Positions 1-8,883 of a stretch of 36,852 nucleotides of DNA are shown piece by piece. The stretch's first letter is position 1. Every line of letters begins with the position of its first letter. The position numbers and the translations under genes were made by a program. The stretch is from a virus. Lineage: Duplodnaviria > Caudoviricetes. The stretch is taken from IMG/VR virus record IMGVR_UViG_3300006793_000007, positions 1 through 36,852 of that record; one strand, given 5' to 3'. Under the pieces are notes generated by a model. It did not search any database. It was not told the origin of the DNA and was given only the letters and a program-made list of their open reading frames with translations.

Positions 1-123
1 TATTTTGTTGATGTGGTCTACACCAAGCGCTGTTTTGTTTGTTGTCGTTACGCTGACACCTTTACGCGCAGCAATACGACCACGCTTGTCAATCACAGCG
101 TTTTCAGCTATGTCAGCAAACGA
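1..123. repeat. Terminal overlap identical to 36730-36852 (circular assembly overlap)
   Basis: TATTTTGTTGATGTGG...GTCAGCAAACGA occurs at both ends and falls inside a gene that reads continuously across the junction. Confidence 0.95.
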
Positions 124-210
124 GTAATCTTGTGCAATCGGAGAGTCCTCGGTGTTGATTCCTTTGAATCCCGGCGCAAGTAGATTAATGCTTTGTAGTG
201 GTTGTGCCAT
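1..210 (-). CDS. 5' part of tail nozzle / tail tubular protein B-like gene (continues at 36729 down to 35377)
   Basis: ATG at 210 after an AGGAG RBS; reads MAQPLQSINLLAPGFKGINTEDSPIAQDYSFADIAENAVIDKRGR, in frame with ORF 35377..36825; full protein about 520 aa. Confidence 0.85.
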   Translation of the reverse strand, partial: MAQPLQSINLLAPGFKGINTEDSPIAQDYSFADIAENAVIDKRGRIAARKGVSVTTTNKTALGVDHINKI

Positions 211-222
211 GCACTAGTCTCC

Positions 223-873
223 TTAAGGAGTGTACCAAATAACTTCTTCTGGGTGCTTCTGAGCGTCTAGAGCAATCGCGTCTGACAAATAGCGGTCAGC
301 AACTCCAAAGTACTCTTGCGCTGATGTTCCACCAGTTTCGCCACGCTCACGCGCAAGCAGTGCAACAGCCATGTGAATAACAGGCATCGCAGGAATACTT
401 AGTTCGTCTGCGTTGCTAGTTAAGTCACCCTGTCTCTGAATGACGTTAAATCTAAGAGTGTACGCAGCGTCGGGCTTTGGGTAAACTTCTATCTGTGTGT
501 CTCCATTACCGTCTACTCCATTAAATACGTAGTACCTAGGAGAACCCGACTGAGGCGTGTCTAACATATATTTTTGATCGAACCACAGTGGAGTTTGGTA
601 TTCTAGGTTCCAATCGTTTGTGTCGTTATAAGCGTGTAGGATTTTACCACGATTAGCAGAACCAACAAGAATGTAGCTGAAAGTGTCTGCTACAGTATCT
701 ACAGACAGCGTAGTACGCAGCGCTGACCAATCCCAAGCATCCTCTACCAGCCTTTTAGCATCGTTGATAAAGTCACCCACCATTTTAGAATAAGTGGTGT
801 CTTGTACGTTATCCACCTCATTTTCACGTATACGTCTAAGCACGTTGTTCATTAAATTTAAATAGGTCATCAT
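223..873 (-). CDS. Head-tail adaptor / tail tubular protein A-like
   Basis: 216 aa; MTYLxLxNxVLRR...FINDAKR.VE.AWDW pattern of podovirus adaptors; directly upstream of the nozzle gene. Confidence 0.7.
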   Translation of the reverse strand: MMTYLNLMNNVLRRIRENEVDNVQDTTYSKMVGDFINDAKRLVEDAWDWSALRTTLSVDTVADTFSYILVGSANRGKILHAYNDTNDWNLEYQTPLWFDQKYMLDTPQSGSPRYYVFNGVDGNGDTQIEVYPKPDAAYTLRFNVIQRQGDLTSNADELSIPAMPVIHMAVALLARERGETGGTSAQEYFGVADRYLSDAIALDAQKHPEEVIWYTP

Positions 874-3011
874 TAAATGTATCCTTCAAACAAAGACTCT
901 ACAATCCCTGCGTCTTGGGTTGGTAACTGAGGCTGTTGTAGTGATGCGTAGTACTGTGCTAAAAAGTTTTCAACAGGAAACTCTTGTCGCCCAACTAGCG
1001 GAAAGTTTCCTACTACTCCTGCAGAAAAACCTCTAGGCTGTGCTGGAGAAAAACTGGCGCTTCTTTTCGGTCTTCCGCTTACTCCCGGGAGTTTTCCTCC
1101 AACGTCTCCTCCCGGTAATGTCGGAGGCAACTCTGGAGGCAACTCTGGAGGCAACTCTGGAGGCAACTCGTCATCAGGCAACAAAAGGTCTGAAACAAAC
1201 TCTTCATCAGTTACTGAGTCTGTTAACAAATCCGAATCATCGGGCAGACCGCCCAAAATTCCCTCAATAATGGCGTCCCCTAACGTTGTTTCTCCGTCAG
1301 GCATCATGACTTCTTCAGGGTCAACGCCTTGCTCAACTAGGTTTAGCCTTATTTCCTCATCAGACAAACCAGCCTCGTAACCGTCCTGAATACCTTTTAT
1401 AATTTGGAAGTACGGTATGTAGCTTGAAGTTCCGTCAGATTCTTGAAGCTCATAAAACTGCTGTGACCAATCAGGACCAGTAGAGTATTTGTCTTTTTCC
1501 CAAAACACCTGTCCAATAACTTCAGAGTCACCGCGAGGATCGTCGCTAAACGTATAGGTTTCATCAATTGGCCCATAAATTATTACATCTTTTGCGGCAT
1601 CTAGATTATTGGGGTCGTTTGGATCAAATCCATGCTCATTTATAAACTGCGTTCTGGAGGCTGAGTCAAGACCATTATTTACAAAGTTGACAAACTTCTG
1701 TACACCGGGAACGTTGTCCTTAACCCCTTCCCAAGCCTTACCAAGTATAGTTATCTCTTGCTCTGTGTAGCCAGAAACAAAACCATCTACTGATTGTCCG
1801 TTAATTGTCGCTGTGTATACAGCACTAGGGTCCATGCCCATTTCTATAATTTCAACGTCTGTGTAAGTTTTTCCATCCGGTCCTATAAATACAGATGGTA
1901 AATATTCTGCTCCCCCTAAAAGATTAGTAAGCCAGCGCGTGTCAACAGCATTTAAACCCGGAATCAGCCCTCCTTCTCCAACTAAACCAGCTAGGTCGCT
2001 AACGCCTGTTCCAGACATAGCCATTGCCGCTTCATAAAGAGCATCACCAAGCAGCGGGTCCAGCCCTAGTTGCTCTCTTTCATACGCAATCTGCTCCATG
2101 CGAGAGCCTACATCAAACTGGGTTGCGTCTTGATACAGGTCTTTAAGGATGTTGATGATGCCGCCCTGAAGCCCAGCCAGTGCCACATCCTTAAGGTCAA
2201 ACCCTGATCCTGTTATCGCACTAGATATAGCAGAATTAGTAGCGCCACTAAGTACACCAGCAAGGGCACTGTCGGGCACAAAATTTAGGCCTTTGATGAG
2301 CATCCCACCGGGGCTAACGCCAGCCATAATTCCACTAGCAGCCACGGATCTTGGATCAATAGACCCAGTGAGCGCAGCCTGCGTTAGTGCGTTAGAAGTA
2401 GCCGCAGCAGCCCCCTTGCCTATAGCGCCACCCAAGCCCGCACCTGTCAGACCCGCAGCACTAAACGCCCCTGCTGTTGCTCCAGTTAACATGGCCCCTA
2501 AGATAAGGGCGTTTGTGTTAATGCTGTCATCAATTTTTACGGTCTTAACAAAAGATGAGCCATTCCACTCAAACTTGTCGCCATCACTGTTGTAACGAAC
2601 AAAGTCTTCACCAGTGTACTTAGAGTACAGGCTGTTTAAAACTTCGGCCTGACCTGCGTATGCGTCAGTAGCTAAATCAACTCCCCTGCCTATAACCGAC
2701 TGTTCAAAGGCGCGATCATCCATGTCGCTTTCAAACTCAGACATCATGCCTTGGTCTACGAGAGCAACTCCCGTATCCCACCAATCTGACTTTAGTTGTC
2801 CAGAGTCAATGAGATCCTGACGCTCATTCATGTACGCGAAATAATTGTCAAAAGATCCAAACGCCTTTCTCAACTGTCCGTTATCTTCAGCGTTAAACCG
2901 TTCTTTTAGTTCTGATTCAGTTACCTGTGTAGAAAAGTTGTTCCAATACAGGTTATGTGCATCGCCTTTTTCACGCTGATTCGTATAATCGTATAAACGT
3001 TCGTCAGCCAT
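873..3011 (-). CDS. Large acidic putative virion protein with Gly/Ala-rich hydrophobic region and (ELPP)n linker
   Basis: 712-aa ORF abutting or overlapping its neighbours in the structural operon. Confidence 0.6.
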   Translation of the reverse strand: MADERLYDYTNQREKGDAHNLYWNNFSTQVTESELKERFNAEDNGQLRKAFGSFDNYFAYMNERQDLIDSGQLKSDWWDTGVALVDQGMMSEFESDMDDRAFEQSVIGRGVDLATDAYAGQAEVLNSLYSKYTGEDFVRYNSDGDKFEWNGSSFVKTVKIDDSINTNALILGAMLTGATAGAFSAAGLTGAGLGGAIGKGAAAATSNALTQAALTGSIDPRSVAASGIMAGVSPGGMLIKGLNFVPDSALAGVLSGATNSAISSAITGSGFDLKDVALAGLQGGIINILKDLYQDATQFDVGSRMEQIAYEREQLGLDPLLGDALYEAAMAMSGTGVSDLAGLVGEGGLIPGLNAVDTRWLTNLLGGAEYLPSVFIGPDGKTYTDVEIIEMGMDPSAVYTATINGQSVDGFVSGYTEQEITILGKAWEGVKDNVPGVQKFVNFVNNGLDSASRTQFINEHGFDPNDPNNLDAAKDVIIYGPIDETYTFSDDPRGDSEVIGQVFWEKDKYSTGPDWSQQFYELQESDGTSSYIPYFQIIKGIQDGYEAGLSDEEIRLNLVEQGVDPEEVMMPDGETTLGDAIIEGILGGLPDDSDLLTDSVTDEEFVSDLLLPDDELPPELPPELPPELPPTLPGGDVGGKLPGVSGRPKRSASFSPAQPRGFSAGVVGNFPLVGRQEFPVENFLAQYYASLQQPQLPTQDAGIVESLFEGYI
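1123..1169. repeat. 12-bp tandem repeat GGAGGCAACTCT x about 4 (encodes ELPP x4)
   Basis: Directly visible. Confidence 0.95.
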
Positions 3012-3389
3012 CTACTTTTTCCCCTTCAACGCGAGCAGCTTATCAGCCCCGCGAATACCAAAGGATGCGGATACTGCCATGAATAACAAGTACTGATACC
3101 AATCAGGGAGCCTATTAAGCTCCTCAAAGGCAATACCGATGCGATCTAGTATCTCTACGTCATTCATTCCAATACCCCACATAAGCGCAACCACAGGCGC
3201 TGAGAGCAACAATGTAAACCACTCGTCCTTCCACGAGGTAGCACTGGCAGACGCCATGAGTTGTTCCCATGACGCCGTGTTCTTAATCACTTCCATCTTG
3301 GCTGTATGTACCGCTTTCTTTTCTTCGGCCTTGTTCTTAAGAACCTGCCCAAGAAGACTAGCGATTGGCGATATGATTGCCTGCCACAT
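3012..3389 (-). CDS. Putative holin (3TM-holin-like)
   Basis: Hydrophobic segments with SWKDEW...LPDWYQYLL..AVSASFGIR and a basic C-terminus; ATG at 3389 just after the upstream stop. Confidence 0.6.
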   Translation of the reverse strand: MWQAIISPIASLLGQVLKNKAEEKKAVHTAKMEVIKNTASWEQLMASASATSWKDEWFTLLLSAPVVALMWGIGMNDVEILDRIGIAFEELNRLPDWYQYLLFMAVSASFGIRGADKLLALKGKK

Positions 3390-3390
3390 A

Positions 3391-4131
3391 TTAACCAGCA
3401 CTCACTTTTAGCGTACCGCTGTCATTCCACAGCTGTCCTGCCGATGAAGGATCTGAAGTAGGTAGTCCGGTGAGTTTTACAACCGCACCAGCGACTGTCA
3501 TATCATTGGCTACTGTCACATCTCCAGATGTATCAACCTTAAAATCAGGACTTGATGAGCTACCTGCGGTAAAAAGACCAACACCTAAATCAGCATCGTT
3601 AATCCTGATTCCCGATGTTCCTCCAGTGCCTGTTTCTTCTATGGCTAAGAAGTTGTCTGTATCATCTGAGTACCTAAAAATTGAAGCTGTGCCCCCTCCA
3701 GCCGTAAGCTCAATTTTGCTGTTGCTTGCCAGTGAAGAGTTTGAATCAATACGGAGAACAGGAGTAGAACTACTAAGTGTTCCGTAGTTCTGATCTCTAA
3801 TGTGTACTTCTACTGAGGGTGATGTAGCGTTAAACCCAACTCTTTCTGACGAGTCTATTGTAATCGCGTTAGCATTAGAGTTGTCATCAATTCCTGTTGA
3901 TGTAAAAGCAGTAAACGTGCCAGCTGCGGGTGTTGATGCACCGATTGTAGTACCGTCAATAGCACCGCCGTTAATATCTACCGTAGAAGTATTATCAAAC
4001 TTGGTAGAAATTGCAGTCGCAATGTTGTCAAACTCTGTCTCAAACTCTGCTCCCTTGACAACCTTATTAGCGTTACCAGAAGGTAAACTGTCCTTGGCAG
4101 CAAAGTCCGTTGTTTTAGTGTAATCAGTCAT
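3391..4131 (-). CDS. Short tail fibre / tail appendage
   Basis: N-terminal MTDYTKTTDFAAKDSLPSG...EFDNIATAI anchor-type motif; beta-rich body; LPTSDP..AGQLWND C-terminus. Confidence 0.65.
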   Translation of the reverse strand: MTDYTKTTDFAAKDSLPSGNANKVVKGAEFETEFDNIATAISTKFDNTSTVDINGGAIDGTTIGASTPAAGTFTAFTSTGIDDNSNANAITIDSSERVGFNATSPSVEVHIRDQNYGTLSSSTPVLRIDSNSSLASNSKIELTAGGGTASIFRYSDDTDNFLAIEETGTGGTSGIRINDADLGVGLFTAGSSSSPDFKVDTSGDVTVANDMTVAGAVVKLTGLPTSDPSSAGQLWNDSGTLKVSAG

Positions 4132-4140
4132 GTGTTTACC

Positions 4141-4410
4141 CTATCTAATTAAATATCCTAGTACTGATGCTACAGTTGCGATACCAATCCAAAACACTCT
4201 TTCGCCTGCTTTGACAGAATAAGAGTTAGCTAGGACTTCTTCTGTCAACCTTTGAATGTCATCCTCTTGATCGTCTAGACGCTTCTCGTGCCTATCAATG
4301 CGCTTGAAAACAGCCAGCATCTGCTCTTCTACACGAGCTATCTGTGATACCGCTTCGGTGAGCTTATCTAGCTTTTGCTCAATACGATCTAATCTATTAT
4401 CTTCTAGCAT
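4141..4410 (-). CDS. Coiled-coil protein with C-terminal TM helix (XhlA/holin-like)
   Basis: RLDRIEQKLDKL heptads followed by VFWIGIATVASVLGYLI. Confidence 0.55.
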   Translation of the reverse strand: MLEDNRLDRIEQKLDKLTEAVSQIARVEEQMLAVFKRIDRHEKRLDDQEDDIQRLTEEVLANSYSVKAGERVFWIGIATVASVLGYLIR

Positions 4411-5030
4411 TACAGTGTACCAGCTAGTTTAAACAAATCATCCACCTGTTCGTCAGTTAGTCCCAACGCTGGCTGCAAAACAGCAACCCATGCAGAGTTT
4501 CTTTCTACTACAGAAGCGTATTCCCACTCAGTAGAAACTTTACTTTTGTTAGGCTCTGGAATTAAGGCAATGCTATCGTCTATTACAGACAGCAACCCTT
4601 GCTCTAACAGAGCTAAACGAGCTTGCCGCATAGATACAGTAGTAGTTTCACGCCATATTGTAAGCGCCTCTGCTTTTTCTGCATCGGTTTTTTCTGTTAC
4701 AGTCCACGTTTGAGTAAAAGCATCATCTGACTCAACCCACTCAAATGAGGTTTTGTGAGTAAGACTGTCGTAAACAGGTTCTTCAACACTGACACGCCGT
4801 TTCGCAACACCCGTAGTAGACTCTGGCGTTACTTCTGCAGGCAATACTGCAATAGCATCCCAAAAAGCTCTTGCTCTTTCACCGCCGTTTTGAGCGACAG
4901 TTTGCAGGTTTTCATCACTAAAGTCGTTAGTTTGAGTGTTTATCCAGTAGTCAGGAAAACCGTCTTTGGTATACTGCAGCTGTACCTTTAACTGCTGTGG
5001 AGATATAATAGTAAACTCGTAGTTAATCAT
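4410..5030 (-). CDS. Tail fibre assembly/associated protein
   Basis: C-terminal SMRQARLAL...EWEYA..VERNS...LGLTDEQVDDLF motif typical of genes following fibre genes. Confidence 0.55.
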   Translation of the reverse strand: MINYEFTIISPQQLKVQLQYTKDGFPDYWINTQTNDFSDENLQTVAQNGGERARAFWDAIAVLPAEVTPESTTGVAKRRVSVEEPVYDSLTHKTSFEWVESDDAFTQTWTVTEKTDAEKAEALTIWRETTTVSMRQARLALLEQGLLSVIDDSIALIPEPNKSKVSTEWEYASVVERNSAWVAVLQPALGLTDEQVDDLFKLAGTL

Positions 5031-5039
5031 TATAATTAC

Positions 5040-5819
5040 CTAAGATAAAATAATAGTACACGCTGCTCTGTAGTCACTGCCCCCACCACCAAAGGCTCCG
5101 GGGTTTCCGCTGGAAGCGGGACTTAAATCGTATGCGTCCATTCCTGTGGCGCGTCGAGATCCGTAAGACGCCTGCTGAGTATTCGACAGTGTGTAACCTG
5201 ATGGAGCCGTTGCTGTAATTAGGTCATCATCCAAATGCCCCGTGATGTACACAACTTTACCTGATCCTAAAACGTAAGAGGGTGGGTTAGGCATCCCGCT
5301 AGTGCCTGTGGCTACAGACCCGTACAAAGATGCTGATGATACTCCACTAAACATTGAAACACAAATAGCAGAGGTCTGTCCACTTCCACCAGTAAACTCA
5401 ATAGTGTCTGTTCCGTTGTACGTTCCCACAATAACCCCGTAACCAACGCCGAACCTGTCCCAAGCAAGAACAGATGGGCTTGTTAATCCAGTAACAGTAG
5501 GCTCAGAACCGAGACTCCCATCACACGAAAAGGCCATCATAACCAAATCACCAGACGTTCTTCCCGATATAGAGGTTAAACTCAAATCAGGAACCATGTT
5601 GTTTAATCTGTAAACAGAAGTATTCCTGCTGTGACTCCCTACAAACTCTGGCGCACTGCTTGCTCCGTACCATTCACTAAACGCCATTTGAACGCCAGAA
5701 GATTTACCAATCAACGCTCGTATATCAGCATCGTTAATCGCCGCTTGAGTACCGCTAGATCCACCAGCTTCAACGTGAATGTCATTGAGGTCAATTTGAC
5801 CCGAGCTAGGAAGCGGCAT
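5040..5819 (-). CDS. Putative fibre-tip adhesin / receptor-binding protein
   Basis: MPLPSSGQIDLNDI...FSEWYG N-terminal motif; Gly/Ser-rich beta domain; directly follows the long fibre gene. Confidence 0.55.
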   Translation of the reverse strand: MPLPSSGQIDLNDIHVEAGGSSGTQAAINDADIRALIGKSSGVQMAFSEWYGASSAPEFVGSHSRNTSVYRLNNMVPDLSLTSISGRTSGDLVMMAFSCDGSLGSEPTVTGLTSPSVLAWDRFGVGYGVIVGTYNGTDTIEFTGGSGQTSAICVSMFSGVSSASLYGSVATGTSGMPNPPSYVLGSGKVVYITGHLDDDLITATAPSGYTLSNTQQASYGSRRATGMDAYDLSPASSGNPGAFGGGGSDYRAACTIILS

Positions 5820-7824
5820 TTTTTAACGCCTCCACCTCAGCCGTAAGCTCCTTAATACTTTCTATTAACAAAGGCACAAGACGTTCATACTGCACGGTCA
5901 TATAATTCTCACCAGTTACTGACCCGCCTTCTCCATCATCATCAATAGGAGCGAGTCCAATAACTTCAGGCATGACAGATTGCACAGACTGTGCGCTTAC
6001 GCCTACCTGTCTCTCAGAGCCTTCATAACCCAGTTCACGCGCAGTGTCGTTGTGGGTGTAATAAAAAGTGTCTATTGCTTTTATTTTTTCTAAAGGCGTG
6101 TCTATTTTTCCTACAACATCCTTTAGTCTTTCGTCTGAGTAGTAGGCGTAGATGTTAGAAGTAGCCAGTATGCTACCAGTTACCCGCCAGCCGCCAGCGT
6201 AGGTGTAGCCCGTCTGGGCACCCGCATGGTATAGACCGGTCGCGCCGCCGTGCGTCCCCACGATTATCCAGTGGTTGTTTACGTCGTTGTAGATGCCCGT
6301 GGTGGTCCCGTTGTTGTGCATGAAGACCGCACGACCGTTGAGGCTGTAGCCTATGTATCCACCGGTAGCGCCTCCGGAGGAGTGCACGGAGCCGTAGTCA
6401 CCGCCTCCTGATCCATCCGCAATGTGCGTAATGTTCAGCGACTCCTTCATTCCTTCTTTGTTGTTCTTGCGGATGTAATCGTCTGTGGAGCTAAAGAAAA
6501 CTGTTTCGCTGTTACGAGTGTCTACGAGGTGGCTCATGTTCAGGTAATCGGCATTTATGTACCGAGCGTTGAAGTCTCCACTAGCATCACGCTTAACTAT
6601 CGCATTGTTCGTGTTAGAATCGGTTGCCGCGTTAGTGTCTGCGTATGCTGTGTCCCACTGCCCTTGTTTTGTCGTGGTTGGTATGGAGTAATCTGCTGTG
6701 AAACTAACAGCTAGAGTACCACTACCCGTGACAGGAGATCCTGAAACTGTAAGACCTGTTGGCGTAGTCATAGCTACGCTTGTAACGGTTCCGGTTCCTG
6801 CTATATCTTCCCAAGCAGACCCGTTATACACCTTCATGCCTGCACCACCTGTATTAAAATACAAGGCTCCGGTAGCTAGTGCGTCCCCGTCGTTGTCTAG
6901 AGTTGGATCTGACGCTTTTGCGCCTAAGTAACGATCATCAAAATCGTCGTATGATGCAGCTGCGTTAGTAGCGCTGGTTGCCGCGTTAGTTTCGCTAGTA
7001 GCAGCATTAGTTGCTGATGTAGCCGCACTTGTGGCGCTGTTAGATGCGTTTGTCTCTGACGTAGCAGCGTTAGTAGCACTAGTGGCTGCGTTTGTTGCTG
7101 ACGTAGCGGCGTTTGATTCTGATGTTGCTGCGTTGGTTGCACTCGTACTGGCCGCAGACGCTGAAGATGCCGCGTTTGTCTCTGACGTAGATGCAGCAGA
7201 CGCGCTAGAAGCTGCGTTTGTTGCGCTAGTAGACGCAGAAGACGCACTAGATGCAGCATTGGTTTCGCTAGTTGCTGCTGCTGATTCGCTAGAAGCGGCG
7301 TTGGTTGCGCTGGTCGCAGCATTAGTTGCTGATGTAGCTGCGTTAGTTTCACTGGTGGCAGCATTAGTTGCTGATGTAGCTGCGTTAGTTGCACTGGTAG
7401 CTGCTTCACTAGCTTTTGTTGTTGCTGTGGTTGCACTAGAGGCCGCACTGGTTGCGCTAGTCGATGCGTTGGTCGCACTCGTAGCAGCACTAGTCGCGCT
7501 TGTCGCAGCGGCGGTTGCAGACGTAGATGCCGCACTCGCTTGCGTAGTGGCCGTAGTTGCGCTTGAGGCTGCACTAGTGGCACTAGAGGCAGCTGCGGTA
7601 GCGCTTGATGCAGCGTTAGTTTCAGATGTTTCTGCGTTTGTTTCTGCAGTTTCAGCAGCAGTCTCGCTCGTAGCGGCGGCAGACGCACTAGTAGCGGCAG
7701 CACTAGCACTAAGCGCAGCTTCAGTAGCACTGTTCGCAGCAGATGCGGCGTCTTGTGCTACTTCGTTGGCAAGCGCGTTGTTGCTAGTTTCAGCGCTTCC
7801 ACCGTCACCACGATAAATAGGCAT
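5806..7824 (-). CDS. Long tail fibre with Ala/Ser/Thr heptad stalk and C-terminal S74-type intramolecular chaperone
   Basis: (AATSATN/AATSETN)n repeats; FDDRYLGAK...DNDGDAL..GALYFNT motif; Y-SDERLK autocleavage motif; YERLVPLLIESIKEL coiled coil. Confidence 0.9.
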   Translation of the reverse strand: MPIYRGDGGSAETSNNALANEVAQDAASAANSATEAALSASAAATSASAAATSETAAETAETNAETSETNAASSATAAASSATSAASSATTATTQASAASTSATAAATSATSAATSATNASTSATSAASSATTATTKASEAATSATNAATSATNAATSETNAATSATNAATSATNAASSESAAATSETNAASSASSASTSATNAASSASAASTSETNAASSASAASTSATNAATSESNAATSATNAATSATNAATSETNASNSATSAATSATNAATSETNAATSATNAAASYDDFDDRYLGAKASDPTLDNDGDALATGALYFNTGGAGMKVYNGSAWEDIAGTGTVTSVAMTTPTGLTVSGSPVTGSGTLAVSFTADYSIPTTTKQGQWDTAYADTNAATDSNTNNAIVKRDASGDFNARYINADYLNMSHLVDTRNSETVFFSSTDDYIRKNNKEGMKESLNITHIADGSGGGDYGSVHSSGGATGGYIGYSLNGRAVFMHNNGTTTGIYNDVNNHWIIVGTHGGATGLYHAGAQTGYTYAGGWRVTGSILATSNIYAYYSDERLKDVVGKIDTPLEKIKAIDTFYYTHNDTARELGYEGSERQVGVSAQSVQSVMPEVIGLAPIDDDGEGGSVTGENYMTVQYERLVPLLIESIKELTAEVEALKNAAS
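6955..7760 (-). repeat. Degenerate 21-bp (7-aa) coding repeats in the fibre stalk
   Basis: Repeated units such as GCAGCATTAGTTGCTGATGTA. Confidence 0.9.
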
Positions 7825-7843
7825 AGACTACTCCTGAAACAAC

Positions 7844-7872
7844 AGAAAGAAAAGGGGGCCATTGCGACCCCC
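7844..7872 (-). terminator. Rho-independent terminator after the major capsid gene
   Basis: GGGGGTC-GCAAT-GGCCCCC followed by TTTTCTTTCTG on the minus strand. Confidence 0.85.
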
Positions 7873-7882
7873 TGTGTCAAAC

Positions 7883-8866
7883 TTACTCGTCAGCGATGGC
7901 GATGATAAAGCCAGCTTCAGGACGGTAGGTTTCAACGCCGTACAGAGTATCAGCCGTGTACAGAGTAGAGAGGTACTCTTGCTTGTACTGGGTCTGAGAA
8001 CGTACAGACAACTGCTCTGCCATTACAAGGGCATCCTTGTGGAAGAACATACAACCACGGGTGTCTACAGTTGACGCGGTGTTCTGAGCAGCGACTTCGA
8101 TGACCGGAGCGTTGCTAGAAACGTATACGTCTACACCGTACAGGTTGCCGATAAGACCAGACTCAACACCACGACCACCAACAAAGTCGGAAGATACATA
8201 GCGCTCAATGCCCATGATTGACTTACGAGCCGCAGGTGGGATCACCAAGCAACGACCGTCCATCGGTACATCAGCATCGTCCATGAGCTTGATTGCTTCA
8301 CGGAGAGCGAGGTCAGTAAAGTTGTCACCAGACGTTACAGTGTCAACAGCGTAAGCAGCGAGGCCGTTGGCACCGTCTACGTAGTAGCTGTTGCTGTTAA
8401 CCCAATCTGCACCAGTGTTGGCGGGAGACTGAGTACGAGTACCGTCACCGAAACCAGTACCAGCGTTGATAAGGTCAGTGTCAACTTTCAGAGCCAAAGC
8501 ATAACCAGCATCTTCAGTGTAGAACTGACGCAGAGAGGACAGAGCCTGTACTTCTACGATGTCTTCAATGAGACGCGAGTATTCAAAGTGACGATCAACG
8601 TCGATGGTCAACTCTGCTTCGGTGTTAGCGATAATCGTAACCGCAGTGTCAGCCGCTTTTGCGTTGGCATCGCCACGGGTGGGCTTAGGTACATGAATAC
8701 GGTCACCTTTTTTGCCCGTCATAGACAGACGCTTGACAAGGGGAGCCATCTTCAGGTTCTTTTGGTAAGCGGCAATGATCTCATCCGACCAAATTTCGGG
8801 GATAAAAGTTGCTGCTTCTGTTTTCGCGGTAATACCAGCCGCGCCGGGATAAGTTGCAGTAGCCAT
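7883..8866 (-). CDS. Major capsid protein
   Basis: 327 aa; FIPEIWSDEI, GDRIHVP, G.IG.LYGVDVYVS and D.LYG motifs; follows the scaffold; AAGGAG RBS; downstream terminator. Confidence 0.92.
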   Translation of the reverse strand: MATATYPGAAGITAKTEAATFIPEIWSDEIIAAYQKNLKMAPLVKRLSMTGKKGDRIHVPKPTRGDANAKAADTAVTIIANTEAELTIDVDRHFEYSRLIEDIVEVQALSSLRQFYTEDAGYALALKVDTDLINAGTGFGDGTRTQSPANTGADWVNSNSYYVDGANGLAAYAVDTVTSGDNFTDLALREAIKLMDDADVPMDGRCLVIPPAARKSIMGIERYVSSDFVGGRGVESGLIGNLYGVDVYVSSNAPVIEVAAQNTASTVDTRGCMFFHKDALVMAEQLSVRSQTQYKQEYLSTLYTADTLYGVETYRPEAGFIIAIADE

Positions 8867-8883
8867 GATATTTCTCCTTTAGG

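Noticed and set aside
6955-7760. Repeat array as CRISPR or DGR
   Set aside because: In-frame coding heptads with no spacers; no reverse transcriptase or TR/VR pair
6924-7816. Long alternative ORFs (7031..7816 +, 6924..7730 -)
   Set aside because: Stop-free shadows of the Ala/Ser/Thr repeat in the tail fibre
7883-7920. T7-like capsid frameshift extension
   Set aside because: No slippery sequence seen, and a terminator follows immediately
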